From Chthoniobacterales bacterium (lineage in GTDB: Bacteria > Verrucomicrobiota > Verrucomicrobiia > Chthoniobacterales > UBA10450), in contig DASXPA010000247.1 in assembly GCA_036493915.1 (NCBI GenBank), positions 6,085 through 70,084 of the forward strand: a DNA stretch of 64,000 bases. Direction: 5' to 3'. Both the position numbers and the translations under genes were made by a program. The notes under the pieces were generated by a model, which worked only from the letters and a program-made list of their open reading frames with translations, was not told the origin of the DNA and made no database searches. The stretch's first letter is position 1, and each line of letters begins with the position of its first letter. This document shows, piece by piece, positions 49,149-58,317 of the stretch.

Positions 49149-50105
49149 ATGCGAATCGTCTTCATCGGCACGGGAGAGATCGGTGTGCCGACTTTGCGGG
49201 CATTGCTCGCGTTGCCGCAACACGAAGTCGTGGGCGCGGTCACGCAACCCGACAAACCGGTCGGCCGCGCGCAGCGAATCCAGGCGTCGCCGATCAAGAT
49301 GGAGCTACGCGAAAGATCGGTGCCGGTGCTCCAACCGCGCCGAATTCGCGAACAAGTTGCGATCGATGAAATTCGCGCGCTCGCGCCCGAGGTCATTGTC
49401 GTCATGGCTTACTCACAAATCCTGCCCCGCAGTCTGCTCGCGATTCCTCGCCTCGCGTGTCTCAACCTGCACGCGTCGCTCCTCCCGAGGCATCGCGGCG
49501 CCGCGCCCATCCAGGCCGCGATCGTCGCCGGCGACGGGGAAACCGGCATCACCGTTATGTACATGGATGAGGGGCTCGACACGGGCGACATCCTTTCGCA
49601 GTCGCGCCTAACGATCGGGCCTAACGAAACCGGTGGCTCGCTCCACGATCGCCTCGCGGAGCTCGCACCGGCTGCGCTGCTCAATGCGCTCGCTCGACTA
49701 GCTGGAGGGACCGCGCCGCGCAGCGCGCAAGACAACTCGCTCGCGACCTATGCGCCAAAGTTGGAACGGGAAGACGGCCGAATCGACTGGTCCGAAACCG
49801 CGGAAGCCCTTGAGAGAAAAATTCGTGCCTTCGATCCCTGGCCGGGCGCATTCAGCATCCTCAGCGACGCCGCCGGGAAATCGCGCCACTTGAAAATCTT
49901 TCGCGCCACCGTCGTAGCCGGGGGCGGTGACCCCGGCTCGGTCGCCCACCCTTCGGGCACCATCGTCGTCGCTACTGGCGTAGATTCTTTGCGCCTCGAC
50001 GAGGTCCAGCTCGAAGGGAAACGTCGGATGAGCGCGGCTGAGTTTTTTCGAGGTTTTTCCTCCCCAACCGTCCATTTCTCATCGATCATCGCCCCGCATG
50101 GATAG
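49149..50105 (+). CDS. fmt: methionyl-tRNA formyltransferase
   Basis: 318 aa. [33 protein letters not shown], and [11 protein letters not shown] motifs. Confidence 0.95.
   Translation: MRIVFIGTGEIGVPTLRALLALPQHEVVGAVTQPDKPVGRAQRIQASPIKMELRERSVPVLQPRRIREQVAIDEIRALAPEVIVVMAYSQILPRSLLAIPRLACLNLHASLLPRHRGAAPIQAAIVAGDGETGITVMYMDEGLDTGDILSQSRLTIGPNETGGSLHDRLAELAPAALLNALARLAGGTAPRSAQDNSLATYAPKLEREDGRIDWSETAEALERKIRAFDPWPGAFSILSDAAGKSRHLKIFRATVVAGGGDPGSVAHPSGTIVVATGVDSLRLDEVQLEGKRRMSAAEFFRGFSSPTVHFSSIIAPHG
49606..49627. repeat. direct pair of the abundant word (GCCTAACGA-N4-GCCTAACGA) inside fmt
   Basis: Read directly: CGCCTAACGATCGGGCCTAACGAAAC, encoding RLTIGPNET in two different frames of the word. 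Confidence 0.9.
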
Positions 50106-50817
50106 GCCCGCCTACAAACGCATCGTCCTGAAACTCAGCGGCGAAGCGCTTCGCGAGAGTGGCGGACGCGACACAATCTCGCCGCAAATCGTGAAGGAAA
50201 TCGCGCGTCAGGTGCAGGAAGTTTTCGGGCTTGGGGTGCAGATTTGCATCGTCATCGGCGGCGGAAATATCTGGCGCGGGCTCGCCGCCAGTCATCGCGG
50301 AATGGATCGCACGACCGCCGATTACATGGGCATGCTTGCGACCGTCATCAACGGCCTGGCCCTACAAAGCCAGCTCGAACAAAGTGGCGTCGTCACGCGG
50401 GTGCAAACCGCGATCGAGATGCAAAACGTCGCCGAGCCGTTCATCCTCCGCCGCGCGATTCGCCATCTCGAACAAGGTCGCGTCGTGATCTTTGTTGCCG
50501 GCACCGGAAACCCTTATTTTTCGACCGACACGACCGCTGCCTTGCGCGCGAGCGAGATCGGCGCCGACATCATTCTGAAGGCGACAAAAGTCGACGGCAT
50601 ATACGACCGGGATCCGAACCTGCACAGCGACGCGCAGCGTTATGACCGCATCAGCTACACCGACGCCCTAACGAAAAGGCTACAGGTCATGGACTCGACC
50701 GCCTTCAGCCTTTGCATGGACAACAAAATCCCGATCGTCGTTTTCGACATGAACAAGCCGACGAACATCCGCGACGCCGTCCTCGGCCGGCCGGTCGGCA
50801 CGCTCGTGACCGATTAG
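50098..50817 (+). CDS. pyrH: UMP kinase
   Basis: 239 aa. [37 protein letters not shown], and [10 protein letters not shown] motifs. Confidence 0.95.
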   Translation: MDRPAYKRIVLKLSGEALRESGGRDTISPQIVKEIARQVQEVFGLGVQICIVIGGGNIWRGLAASHRGMDRTTADYMGMLATVINGLALQSQLEQSGVVTRVQTAIEMQNVAEPFILRRAIRHLEQGRVVIFVAGTGNPYFSTDTTAALRASEIGADIILKATKVDGIYDRDPNLHSDAQRYDRISYTDALTKRLQVMDSTAFSLCMDNKIPIVVFDMNKPTNIRDAVLGRPVGTLVTD

Positions 50818-50856
50818 CGATTGCGCATCCCCGTTGAGCAGCTTTCTTCCATTTCT

Positions 50857-51417
50857 ATGAGCGCCGAAGACATTCTCCTCGAAGCCGAAATGACGATGGA
50901 AAAAAGCGTCGATTACATGATCCACGAATTCGCCGCCGTGCGCACCGGCAAGGCTTCGCCGGCCCTGGTCGAGAATGTCGATGTCGATGCCTACGGTTCG
51001 TCGATGAAGTTGAAACAGCTCGCCCTTATCACCACGCCAGAGCCACGTTTGCTCGTGGTGCAGCCCTTTGACGCCGCCACCGTGCGCGACATCGAGAAGG
51101 CGCTCAAGGAATCGAAGATCGGTATCACGCCGCTCGTCGACGGAAAAGTGATTCGGCTGCCCGTGCCGGAATTGTCCGAGGAGCGGCGCAAGGATCTTGT
51201 AAAATCGCTCAAGCAAATGGCGGAAGAGGCGCGCGTCCGGGTGCGCGGAAACCGCCGCAATGCGATGGAAGAAGCGAAGAAAATGGAGAAAGCCGGCGAG
51301 GCGACGGAAGACCAGCTGCGCGATATGGAAGCGGAGATCCAGAAATTAACCGACCGCTTCGTCAAATCGATCGAAGAACATCTCGAGCGGAAAGATGCCG
51401 ACGTGATGAAGGTCTAG
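50857..51417 (+). CDS. frr: ribosome recycling factor
   Basis: Start at MSAEDILLEAEMTMEKSV. RTGKASPALVENV, P.LTEERRK-type PELSEERRKDLVK, and RNIRR-like VRGNRRNAME. Confidence 0.95.
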   Translation: MSAEDILLEAEMTMEKSVDYMIHEFAAVRTGKASPALVENVDVDAYGSSMKLKQLALITTPEPRLLVVQPFDAATVRDIEKALKESKIGITPLVDGKVIRLPVPELSEERRKDLVKSLKQMAEEARVRVRGNRRNAMEEAKKMEKAGEATEDQLRDMEAEIQKLTDRFVKSIEEHLERKDADVMKV

Positions 51418-51515
51418 TTATTGGAGCATTGGCTGTCTCAGCGGACCACGATGCTGCTCCCAGGGCGCTGCCGTAACGGATCCGAAGCAATGGCCGGGCT
51501 TTCAAACAGCGCGCA

Positions 51516-53396
51516 CTACAACAGCACTTCGATCGCGGCGGCGACTTCCTGAGCGCTGACCGCTTTCATGCAGCGGAAATCGAGCGGGCATTTGCGCAGA
51601 AAACAGGGACTGCACTCGACCTGATGCCTAACGACCAAGCTTTTCTTTCCGAGCGGTCCGGTGAGGCGGGGCTCGGTTGAACCGAAGACTGCGACCACCG
51701 GCACGCCAAGAAGGGTCGCGAGGTGCATCGTGCCGGTATCATTCGTGAGCAACAGCTCGCAGCGGCGCAGCTCGTCGATCAGTTGCTCGAGCGTCGTCTT
51801 GCCAATGAGGTTGGTACAAGTTCCGCCAAAAGCAGCCGCCACCTGCGCCCCTACTTCTTCGTCCTTCGCGGTTCCAAAAAAGACCCAGTGACCGCTGATG
51901 GCCGCGGCCGTTTCCGCGAATCGCTCCGGCAGCCAGCGTTTCGCCGGCCCATACTCGGCGCCCGGACAAAGCCCCAATCGGCGCTCGCCCGCGGCGGCGA
52001 GCGGCGGCGATGAAACCGCGATGTCACCTGCCTCTGCGCTCGTGCCTAACGATCGTGCGAGATCGAGATAGTGCTCCACCTGATGCGGTGGCGGACCGGG
52101 CCGTTCGATCTTCGGCACGACCTGATTTAGCAACCAGCGCCGGTGACGCCCGGCATAACCGACCCGCCGCGGCAGTCCGCCCAGCCAAAGCTCGAGAGCG
52201 CTGCGGAAGGAATTTGGAAAAGCGATCCCGACATCGAAAGGCGCCTCCAGTCGCAAAGCCCGCCGCACCGCGCCTAACGACATTTTGCCTAACGAAATTA
52301 CGGCATCGACTTCCGGCACGAGCCGCCAGATCGCAGCGATTTTTTCCGGCGCGAGAATGGTGATATGCGCGTCCGGCCGCCCGCGTTTGATCGCGCGCAC
52401 CGCCGGCACGCTCATGACGCTGTCACCGAGCCAGTTACTCGCGCGGATGAGGATGCGAAAGGGCTGGAGGGCAGCGACGCTGTCGCCCGCCACGAAGAGG
52501 CCGCGTTTATATTGCGTCAGGAGCCAGTTTGGCTTCGGGGTTTTCCATCGGTTGTGGACCCAAAACCAATCCTCCGGCGCGCGCCGGATCTCGTCGGCGA
52601 TGACTGCGTTGGTCTTGGCGGTGAGCGAGGCGACGGTGTCGTCAGGCTGACCGTAGGCTGGAGAAAAAACGAGGCGCCATTTTGCGAGGCCGTCGGTGTA
52701 AAGGGCGGCGCCAAAAAGAGCGGCGCCAGTGCGCTTGCAAAGCACGCCGGCCAGCGGTGAAGTCGAGGCGAGCCGCCCGAAGAATGGCGTCCACATTCCG
52801 GCGTCGCCAGCGTGCTGATCGCTGAGGATCCCGATCATTCCGCGGTCGCGCAGGAGTCGGATGGCTTTTCCGAAACCCTCGCTGCGATCGAACAAGCGCA
52901 GGCCAAAGCGCGCCCGTTGCCGACCGACGAATTCGTCGATCCGACGATTGCGCAATTTCTGATAAACCGTGCCGAGCGGAACGTAATCAAAGCAATAGGG
53001 TAGGATTTGCACAAAGAGTTCCCAGTTCCCAAGATGACTGAGCGCGAGAACCACTGGTCGACCGGCGCGTAGCTGGCGATGGACTTCGTCGGCGCCTTCC
53101 ATCGCGACGAAGTTCGCGACCTCGCTCTGCGGCAGGCTATTGAGCTTCGCGCCGCTGAGCAGATTTGCCCCGAGCCTTTGAAAGTGACGGCGGACGATGC
53201 GCTTTTTTTCCGCCTCTGATAACTCGGAGCCGAACGCGATTTGGAGATTGTGTCGCGCGAGTTCGCGATACTTTGGAAGCCCGAGCCAGGCGAAAAAACC
53301 GAGGATTTCGCCGAACGAAAAGACCGCGCGCAGAGGGAGCGCGACAGTGAGGGCAAGCGCGGCGCGGTAGAAATGGTAAACGCAGAAATCGAGCAT
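51516..53396 (-). CDS. fusion protein: lipid A late acyltransferase (LpxL/HtrB-like) N-terminal domain plus GT9 heptosyltransferase C-terminal domain
   Basis: 626 aa. N-half LALSHLGNWE (HX4E acyltransferase motif)...WFWVHNRWK. C-half FRILIRASNWLGDSVMSVPAVRAIK...NDTGTMHLATLLGVPVVAVFG. Confidence 0.8.
   Translation of the reverse strand: MLDFCVYHFYRAALALTVALPLRAVFSFGEILGFFAWLGLPKYRELARHNLQIAFGSELSEAEKKRIVRRHFQRLGANLLSGAKLNSLPQSEVANFVAMEGADEVHRQLRAGRPVVLALSHLGNWELFVQILPYCFDYVPLGTVYQKLRNRRIDEFVGRQRARFGLRLFDRSEGFGKAIRLLRDRGMIGILSDQHAGDAGMWTPFFGRLASTSPLAGVLCKRTGAALFGAALYTDGLAKWRLVFSPAYGQPDDTVASLTAKTNAVIADEIRRAPEDWFWVHNRWKTPKPNWLLTQYKRGLFVAGDSVAALQPFRILIRASNWLGDSVMSVPAVRAIKRGRPDAHITILAPEKIAAIWRLVPEVDAVISLGKMSLGAVRRALRLEAPFDVGIAFPNSFRSALELWLGGLPRRVGYAGRHRRWLLNQVVPKIERPGPPPHQVEHYLDLARSLGTSAEAGDIAVSSPPLAAAGERRLGLCPGAEYGPAKRWLPERFAETAAAISGHWVFFGTAKDEEVGAQVAAAFGGTCTNLIGKTTLEQLIDELRRCELLLTNDTGTMHLATLLGVPVVAVFGSTEPRLTGPLGKKSLVVRHQVECSPCFLRKCPLDFRCMKAVSAQEVAAAIEVLL
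52273..52296. repeat. direct pair of the abundant word (GCCTAACGA-N6-GCCTAACGA) inside the LpxL-GT9 gene
   Basis: Read directly: GCGCCTAACGACATTTTGCCTAACGAAATT. Encodes ISLGKMSLGA on the coding (minus) strand. Confidence 0.9.
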
Positions 53397-53481
53397 GCGG
53401 TTCCGCCAGCGCCGGCTGGGAGGTGTGCGCGAGCACCGTAAATTTGGCTGCGAGCGGCTGCAATCATTATAATGTGCCGCT

Positions 53482-55920
53482 GTGCAGCGGCACCCTCTTC
53501 ACCTCACGCCTACGGATTTTGCGAAGTGCGTCGCGCGGGAATTTTCACCGGCGCGCCTGCTCCTGATCGGCCGCGAGACGGAACACCTTCTCGCGGAATG
53601 GCCAGGCGACACGGCTGAGAAGACCAGCCGGGCGAGCCTCGAAGATTTAGCGACTTCGCAAAACGGAAGCGAACCGCCTTTCGATCTTACGATCTGGTTT
53701 TATCCGCCTGAGATGGAGGCGGCGGAGGGTTCTGCGCAATTTGATCGCCTAACGAATTCAGCAAATCGCCTTCTCTTGTTGCCAGCGCCAGGCACGAATC
53801 CCACGCGCCGCCGCCCGGAGCTGGTCCGGCGTCTCGTGGCTGGCGGGCTTTTTCCCGTTTACGAATCGGAGATCGTCGAGCTCGAGCCGGACGCGGTGCT
53901 CCTTAGCCGGACGAAAGCTGGCTCGGCGGAGTCGCTCGTACCTGCGATCGAGATCGGATTTTCCCGGGTAAACACGCAGCTGCGGCGAGTCCGCAGAACG
54001 CTCCGCACCCGCCTCTCCGAATTAGAAGCGGCCGATCGTCACATCGCGCGACTCGAGCAAAAGATCGTCCAACTGAAGCAGGCGAAGCGCGACCTGAAAC
54101 AGCTCAAGGCCGAAAAGCAGGCTCTCCGCAAATCGCCCGAGCGCAAGATCGGTCAGGTCCTCCTCGCGCCTTATCGGCTCCCGCAAAAGCTCATCCGCGA
54201 GATCCGCAAGCGCCATCCGCAGGCCGCGCCCGATCCCCGGCGTCCCGCTTCGCCTAACGAATACCAGCGCTGGCTGCAACGGCACCAGGCGACCCCGGAG
54301 GAGTTGGCGCAAATGCGCCTGGAGTCGCGCACATTTTCCTATCGACCGCTGATCAGCGTGATTACGCCGGTCCACAACACGCCGGTGGTCTGGCTCGAGC
54401 AGGCAGTCGATTCCGTGCGCGAGCAGGCTTACGAAAATTGGGAGCTGAAGCTGGTCGACGACGGTTCAACCGATGACGATACGTTGCATGCACTCGTTAG
54501 GTTGGAAGCGAGCGACACGCGGATTCACCTTTCCCGCTTGGAAAAATCCGCCGGCATCTCCGCCGCCTCCAATATCGGTATCGAGAAGTCCAAAGGCGAC
54601 TGGATCGGGCTCCTCGATCACGATGATTTCCTCGAGCCGGATGCGCTCTACCAAACCGCAAAACTGCTCCAGCAACACCCCGATGCCGACCTGATTTATT
54701 CCGACGAAGACAAGATCACCGAGCTCGGATTTGAAGCGCCGTTTTTCAAACCGGAGTGGTCGCCCGATTTTTTCCTCTCCTACAACTACGTTTGCCATTT
54801 CACCACGCTTCGGCGCGACCTCGTGCGTAAGCTGGGCGGGTTTCGCTCGCAGTTCGATTTCGCCCAGGACTACGATCTTTATCTGCGGGTCATCGCGCGT
54901 TCGCCGCACATTTATCACGTGCCGCGCGTGCTCTATCATTGGCGACGCAGCCCCGGCTCGACTTCCACCAGTTTCCGCGCCAAGCCGGACGCGCTCGAAG
55001 CGGCCCGCAGCGCGCTCAGCGACTACCTTGTCCGGGCCGACCAGCCCGGACACGTCGCGGTCGATTGGAACACGCATGCCTTTCGCATCCGACGCGACAT
55101 CGTTGAGGAAAAACGCATCGCCATCATCATCCCGACGCGCGACCGCATCGATCTGCTCGCCCGCTGTGTCGCAAGCGTTGAGGAAAAAACGCGCTACGGG
55201 AGATTCGAGATCGTCATCGTCGATAACGACAGCGAAACTGAGGAGGCGTGCGCTTATTTCGGGCAAACGCGCCACCGCGTGCTCCAGTTCCCCGGACCCT
55301 TCAATTACTCGGCGATCAACAACTTCGCGGTCGAGCAGACCGACGCGCCGTGGTTGCTTTTTTTGAATAACGACGCGGAAGTGATCGACCCCGAATGGCT
55401 TACCTCGATGGCCGAACACATCCAGCGGCCGGAAGTCGGTGCGGTTGGCGCGCGCCTTCTGTTTCGCGACGGGAGCGTGCAACACGCCGGTATCGTCCTC
55501 GGCGTGCGCGGAACGGTGAAGCACGCCTTCTGCGGATTCGCCGGCGATTCCCCGGGCGTCTGTCGGCAATTGCAGGTCACGCGCAACTACAGCGCGGTCA
55601 CCGCCGCCTGTCTCCTCACCCGGCGCGATGTTTTTGAAAAGATCGGAGGATTTGATGAAGAGCAGCTCCCGGTCATCTTCAACGACGTGGACCTTTGTTT
55701 GAAAATGCGCGCGGCCGGTTACCTCGTCGTCTACACGCCCTTCGCGAAGCTCTATCATGAGGAGTCGGCGACGCGGCGGCTGAGCGTCGAGCCGATCGAG
55801 CTCGCCGTTCTGCGCGAGCGTTGGCCGGAGGTAGTCGAGCGCGATCCTTATTACAATCCCAATCTCTCCCGCGATCAGGCCGACTTCTCGTTAGGCGAAC
55901 CGGTCGGTGCGCTCTCATGA
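53482..55920 (+). CDS. large glycosyltransferase: N-terminal unknown domain, coiled coil and two tandem GT2 (GT-A) domains
   Basis: 812 aa. Heptad-rich RLSELEAADRHIARLEQKIVQLKQAKRDLKQLKAEKQALRK. GT2 unit 1 ISVITPVHNT...DDGSTDD...LDHDD. Unit 2 IAIIIPTRDR...VDNDS...NNDAEV. GTG start. Confidence 0.8.
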   Translation: MQRHPLHLTPTDFAKCVAREFSPARLLLIGRETEHLLAEWPGDTAEKTSRASLEDLATSQNGSEPPFDLTIWFYPPEMEAAEGSAQFDRLTNSANRLLLLPAPGTNPTRRRPELVRRLVAGGLFPVYESEIVELEPDAVLLSRTKAGSAESLVPAIEIGFSRVNTQLRRVRRTLRTRLSELEAADRHIARLEQKIVQLKQAKRDLKQLKAEKQALRKSPERKIGQVLLAPYRLPQKLIREIRKRHPQAAPDPRRPASPNEYQRWLQRHQATPEELAQMRLESRTFSYRPLISVITPVHNTPVVWLEQAVDSVREQAYENWELKLVDDGSTDDDTLHALVRLEASDTRIHLSRLEKSAGISAASNIGIEKSKGDWIGLLDHDDFLEPDALYQTAKLLQQHPDADLIYSDEDKITELGFEAPFFKPEWSPDFFLSYNYVCHFTTLRRDLVRKLGGFRSQFDFAQDYDLYLRVIARSPHIYHVPRVLYHWRRSPGSTSTSFRAKPDALEAARSALSDYLVRADQPGHVAVDWNTHAFRIRRDIVEEKRIAIIIPTRDRIDLLARCVASVEEKTRYGRFEIVIVDNDSETEEACAYFGQTRHRVLQFPGPFNYSAINNFAVEQTDAPWLLFLNNDAEVIDPEWLTSMAEHIQRPEVGAVGARLLFRDGSVQHAGIVLGVRGTVKHAFCGFAGDSPGVCRQLQVTRNYSAVTAACLLTRRDVFEKIGGFDEEQLPVIFNDVDLCLKMRAAGYLVVYTPFAKLYHEESATRRLSVEPIELAVLRERWPEVVERDPYYNPNLSRDQADFSLGEPVGALS

Positions 55921-56660
55921 AAAAAACAGACTCGAATCTCTGGCACGGCCTCACGGCCGAAGCGCAGGCCGCGCTCACCCAGCGTGACTACAGCGTGCGC
56001 GATCTCGCACAACAAATCGCCGAGGTCGGCGTCGACGCCGGGAAAGTTGCCGCTGTCGATCGGGGGCAGCCGGAGATCGTGAAGATCTGGATTCCCGGGG
56101 TGGAAGTTTTTTCGCGGACGATTCATCCGCAACGCCACCGTGGAGCGTTCGGTGAGTTCGTTAGGCGGGACGAAGGCCCGCTCGCCCGGATCAGTCTCTG
56201 GCCAAAACAATGGTCCGCCGCGCGGATGTTTCCGCAAACCGCTAAAGGCTTTCACGTTCACCCGCCGAACATCCCCGAGGGTGTCTCGCCTAATGACTGG
56301 TTTCAGCGGCTCTTCGTCGGCGAGCCGGAGAATTTTTCCCTGCGCCGCTACGAGGGCGAACAATGGGATGTGATGTTTTTTGTCCAAGGCCGCACGGAGA
56401 TGATTTTGCGTGAGGCGCGTGCTGGGATGCCGCCGCGGGCAATGCGCCTCTTCATCGATGGCGATAATCACCGCGGGGCGAACAATGTCGCGGTCGTGAT
56501 TCCGCCCGGCGTGGGGCACGCCGTTCGGGTCGAGGGTTCGGAGGATTTGATCATGGTCTATGGCACAAGCACGTCGTTCGTCGCGGAGTGGGAAGGACGG
56601 ATTGGGAGCGAGATCGAGACGGCGCAGCTGCCCGAGGCGTGGGCAAAATTTCTTCAGTGA
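55917..56660 (+). CDS. cupin-fold protein related to dTDP-4-dehydrorhamnose 3,5-epimerase (RmlC-like)
   Basis: Start MKKTDSNLW, overlapping the upstream stop (ATGA, 55917-55920). PGVEVFSRTIHPQRHRGAFGEF...KGFHVHPP...WDVMFFVQG pattern. Confidence 0.6.
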   Translation: MKKTDSNLWHGLTAEAQAALTQRDYSVRDLAQQIAEVGVDAGKVAAVDRGQPEIVKIWIPGVEVFSRTIHPQRHRGAFGEFVRRDEGPLARISLWPKQWSAARMFPQTAKGFHVHPPNIPEGVSPNDWFQRLFVGEPENFSLRRYEGEQWDVMFFVQGRTEMILREARAGMPPRAMRLFIDGDNHRGANNVAVVIPPGVGHAVRVEGSEDLIMVYGTSTSFVAEWEGRIGSEIETAQLPEAWAKFLQ

Positions 56661-56662
56661 CT

Positions 56663-56769
56663 TGTCATCCCGAGCGGAGCGAGGGATCTCTCTTCTGGAA
56701 TGAGCGCTTCCTCATCGCTTGCAGGCGATCATTGCAGATGTGAGATCCTTCACTTCACCCAGGATGACA
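56663..56769. repeat. palindromic intergenic element, family 1, second copy (TGTCATCCCGAGCGGAGCGAGGGATCTC ... GAGATCCTTCACTTCACCCAGGATGACA)
   Basis: Same terminal arms as 5521-5625. Starts 3 nt after the cupin gene stop. Confidence 0.8.
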
Positions 56770-56794
56770 ACGGGGCCATCGGCGATCTCCAGCC

Positions 56795-57487
56795 GTGAAG
56801 CGGCAGTTCAATCCCGCCGATCCGGAGTGGATGGATCGGCCGCAGCCGGTTTCGCCGGAGCTGGTTTCCGATCTCCGCAATCTCCGATCGCTCAATCGTT
56901 ATTTCGGCAGCTATCCCCTGGTCCGGCATTTTTTGCGGCGCTGGATTCGGCCTAACGACAACTTGCGCATCGTCGATCTCGCTACTGGCTCGGGCGATAT
57001 TCCGCGGCTCGTGGTCGAACATGCGCGCAAAGTTGGCGCCCGCGTCACCGTGGATGCGGTCGACTTTCAGGCCTCGACCGTGGAAGTTGCGCGGAGTTTG
57101 AGCGAAAAATTTCCCGAGATCCGTTATCACTGCGCGGGCATCCAACATTTCGGCGAAAACCATTCCTACGACCTCGTGCTCTTTTCCCTCGCTCTGCACC
57201 ATTTTACAAAGGACGATGCGGTCGCCTTGTTGCGCCACGCTCGCGATCTTTCACGCGGCTGCGTCCTTGTTTCAGATCTGCGCCGAAATCGTCTGACGAC
57301 AATTGCTATCGATCTGCTCACCACTTTTGTTTATCGCGAGCCGATGACGCGAAACGACGCCCGCGCCTCGATCCGGCGCGCTTTTTCCTTTGCAGAAATG
57401 GGCGAACTGGCGCGGGCCGCCGGCTGGCAAAAGTTCGGGCACCGCCGCTTCCTGATCGGGCGGCAGGCGATTTGGCTGGAAAGATGA
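56795..57487 (+). CDS. class I SAM-dependent methyltransferase
   Basis: 230 aa. Motif I IVDLATGSGDIP. GTG start. Its stop overlaps the panC start (ATGA, 57484-57487). Confidence 0.75.
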   Translation: MKRQFNPADPEWMDRPQPVSPELVSDLRNLRSLNRYFGSYPLVRHFLRRWIRPNDNLRIVDLATGSGDIPRLVVEHARKVGARVTVDAVDFQASTVEVARSLSEKFPEIRYHCAGIQHFGENHSYDLVLFSLALHHFTKDDAVALLRHARDLSRGCVLVSDLRRNRLTTIAIDLLTTFVYREPMTRNDARASIRRAFSFAEMGELARAAGWQKFGHRRFLIGRQAIWLER

Positions 57488-58317
57488 AGATTGTTTCGAC
57501 CCTCGCCGAACTGCGCGCGCTTCCACGCGCTCCAAAGAAACGCCGAGTCCTGGTACCAACGATGGGGGCTCTGCATGGGGGGCATGTCTCGCTCGTTAGG
57601 CTGGCGCGAGAAAACGCGGGCGCGAATGGCGAAGTAGTTGTCAGCATTTTTGTGAACCCGCTGCAGTTCGAACCCGGCGCGGATTTCTCACGTTATCCGC
57701 GGCCGGAAGTGGCGGACGAAGAAGTTTGCCGCGCGGAAGGGGTCGATCTCATCTTTCGTCCCGCGCCTAACGAAATGTATGCAGGAGATCGTTCGACTTT
57801 TGTCGAGGAGACGATGCTCTCGGAGCGGCTTTGCGGCGCTTCGCGACCGGGCCATTTCCGTGGCGTCACCACGGTGGTGACGAAATTGTTTCACCTTCTC
57901 GCGCCAGATGCGGCGGTCTTTGGGGAGAAGGATTTTCAGCAACTTGCCATCGTTAGGCGCATGGTCCGCGATCTCGATTTCCCGATAGAGATTCTTGCCG
58001 GTCCGATCGTGCGCGAGCCGGATGGCCTCGCGCTGAGCTCGCGCAATCAGTATCTCAGCGCGGAAGAACGCGCGCAGGCCCCGGTCATTCGCACGGCGCT
58101 GCTCGCGGCGGCGCGCTCTTCGGACATGTCAGCTGAGAAAGTTCTCGCCAGCGCGCGCCGAGAGATCGAGTCCGCTCCCCTCGCCCGGATCGATTACGCG
58201 GAGATCGTCGGCGCCGACGATCTGCAACCGCGCCTAACGATCGCAGCGCGCACGCTTCTCGCCGTTGCCGCCTTCTTTGGCCGGACCCGCCTGATCGATA
58301 ATATTCTACTCGGATGA
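57484..58317 (+). CDS. panC: pantoate--beta-alanine ligase
   Basis: Start MKIVSTLAELR. PTMGALHGGHVSL, GEKDFQQL, and ALSSRN motifs. Confidence 0.95.
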   Translation: MKIVSTLAELRALPRAPKKRRVLVPTMGALHGGHVSLVRLARENAGANGEVVVSIFVNPLQFEPGADFSRYPRPEVADEEVCRAEGVDLIFRPAPNEMYAGDRSTFVEETMLSERLCGASRPGHFRGVTTVVTKLFHLLAPDAAVFGEKDFQQLAIVRRMVRDLDFPIEILAGPIVREPDGLALSSRNQYLSAEERAQAPVIRTALLAAARSSDMSAEKVLASARREIESAPLARIDYAEIVGADDLQPRLTIAARTLLAVAAFFGRTRLIDNILLG

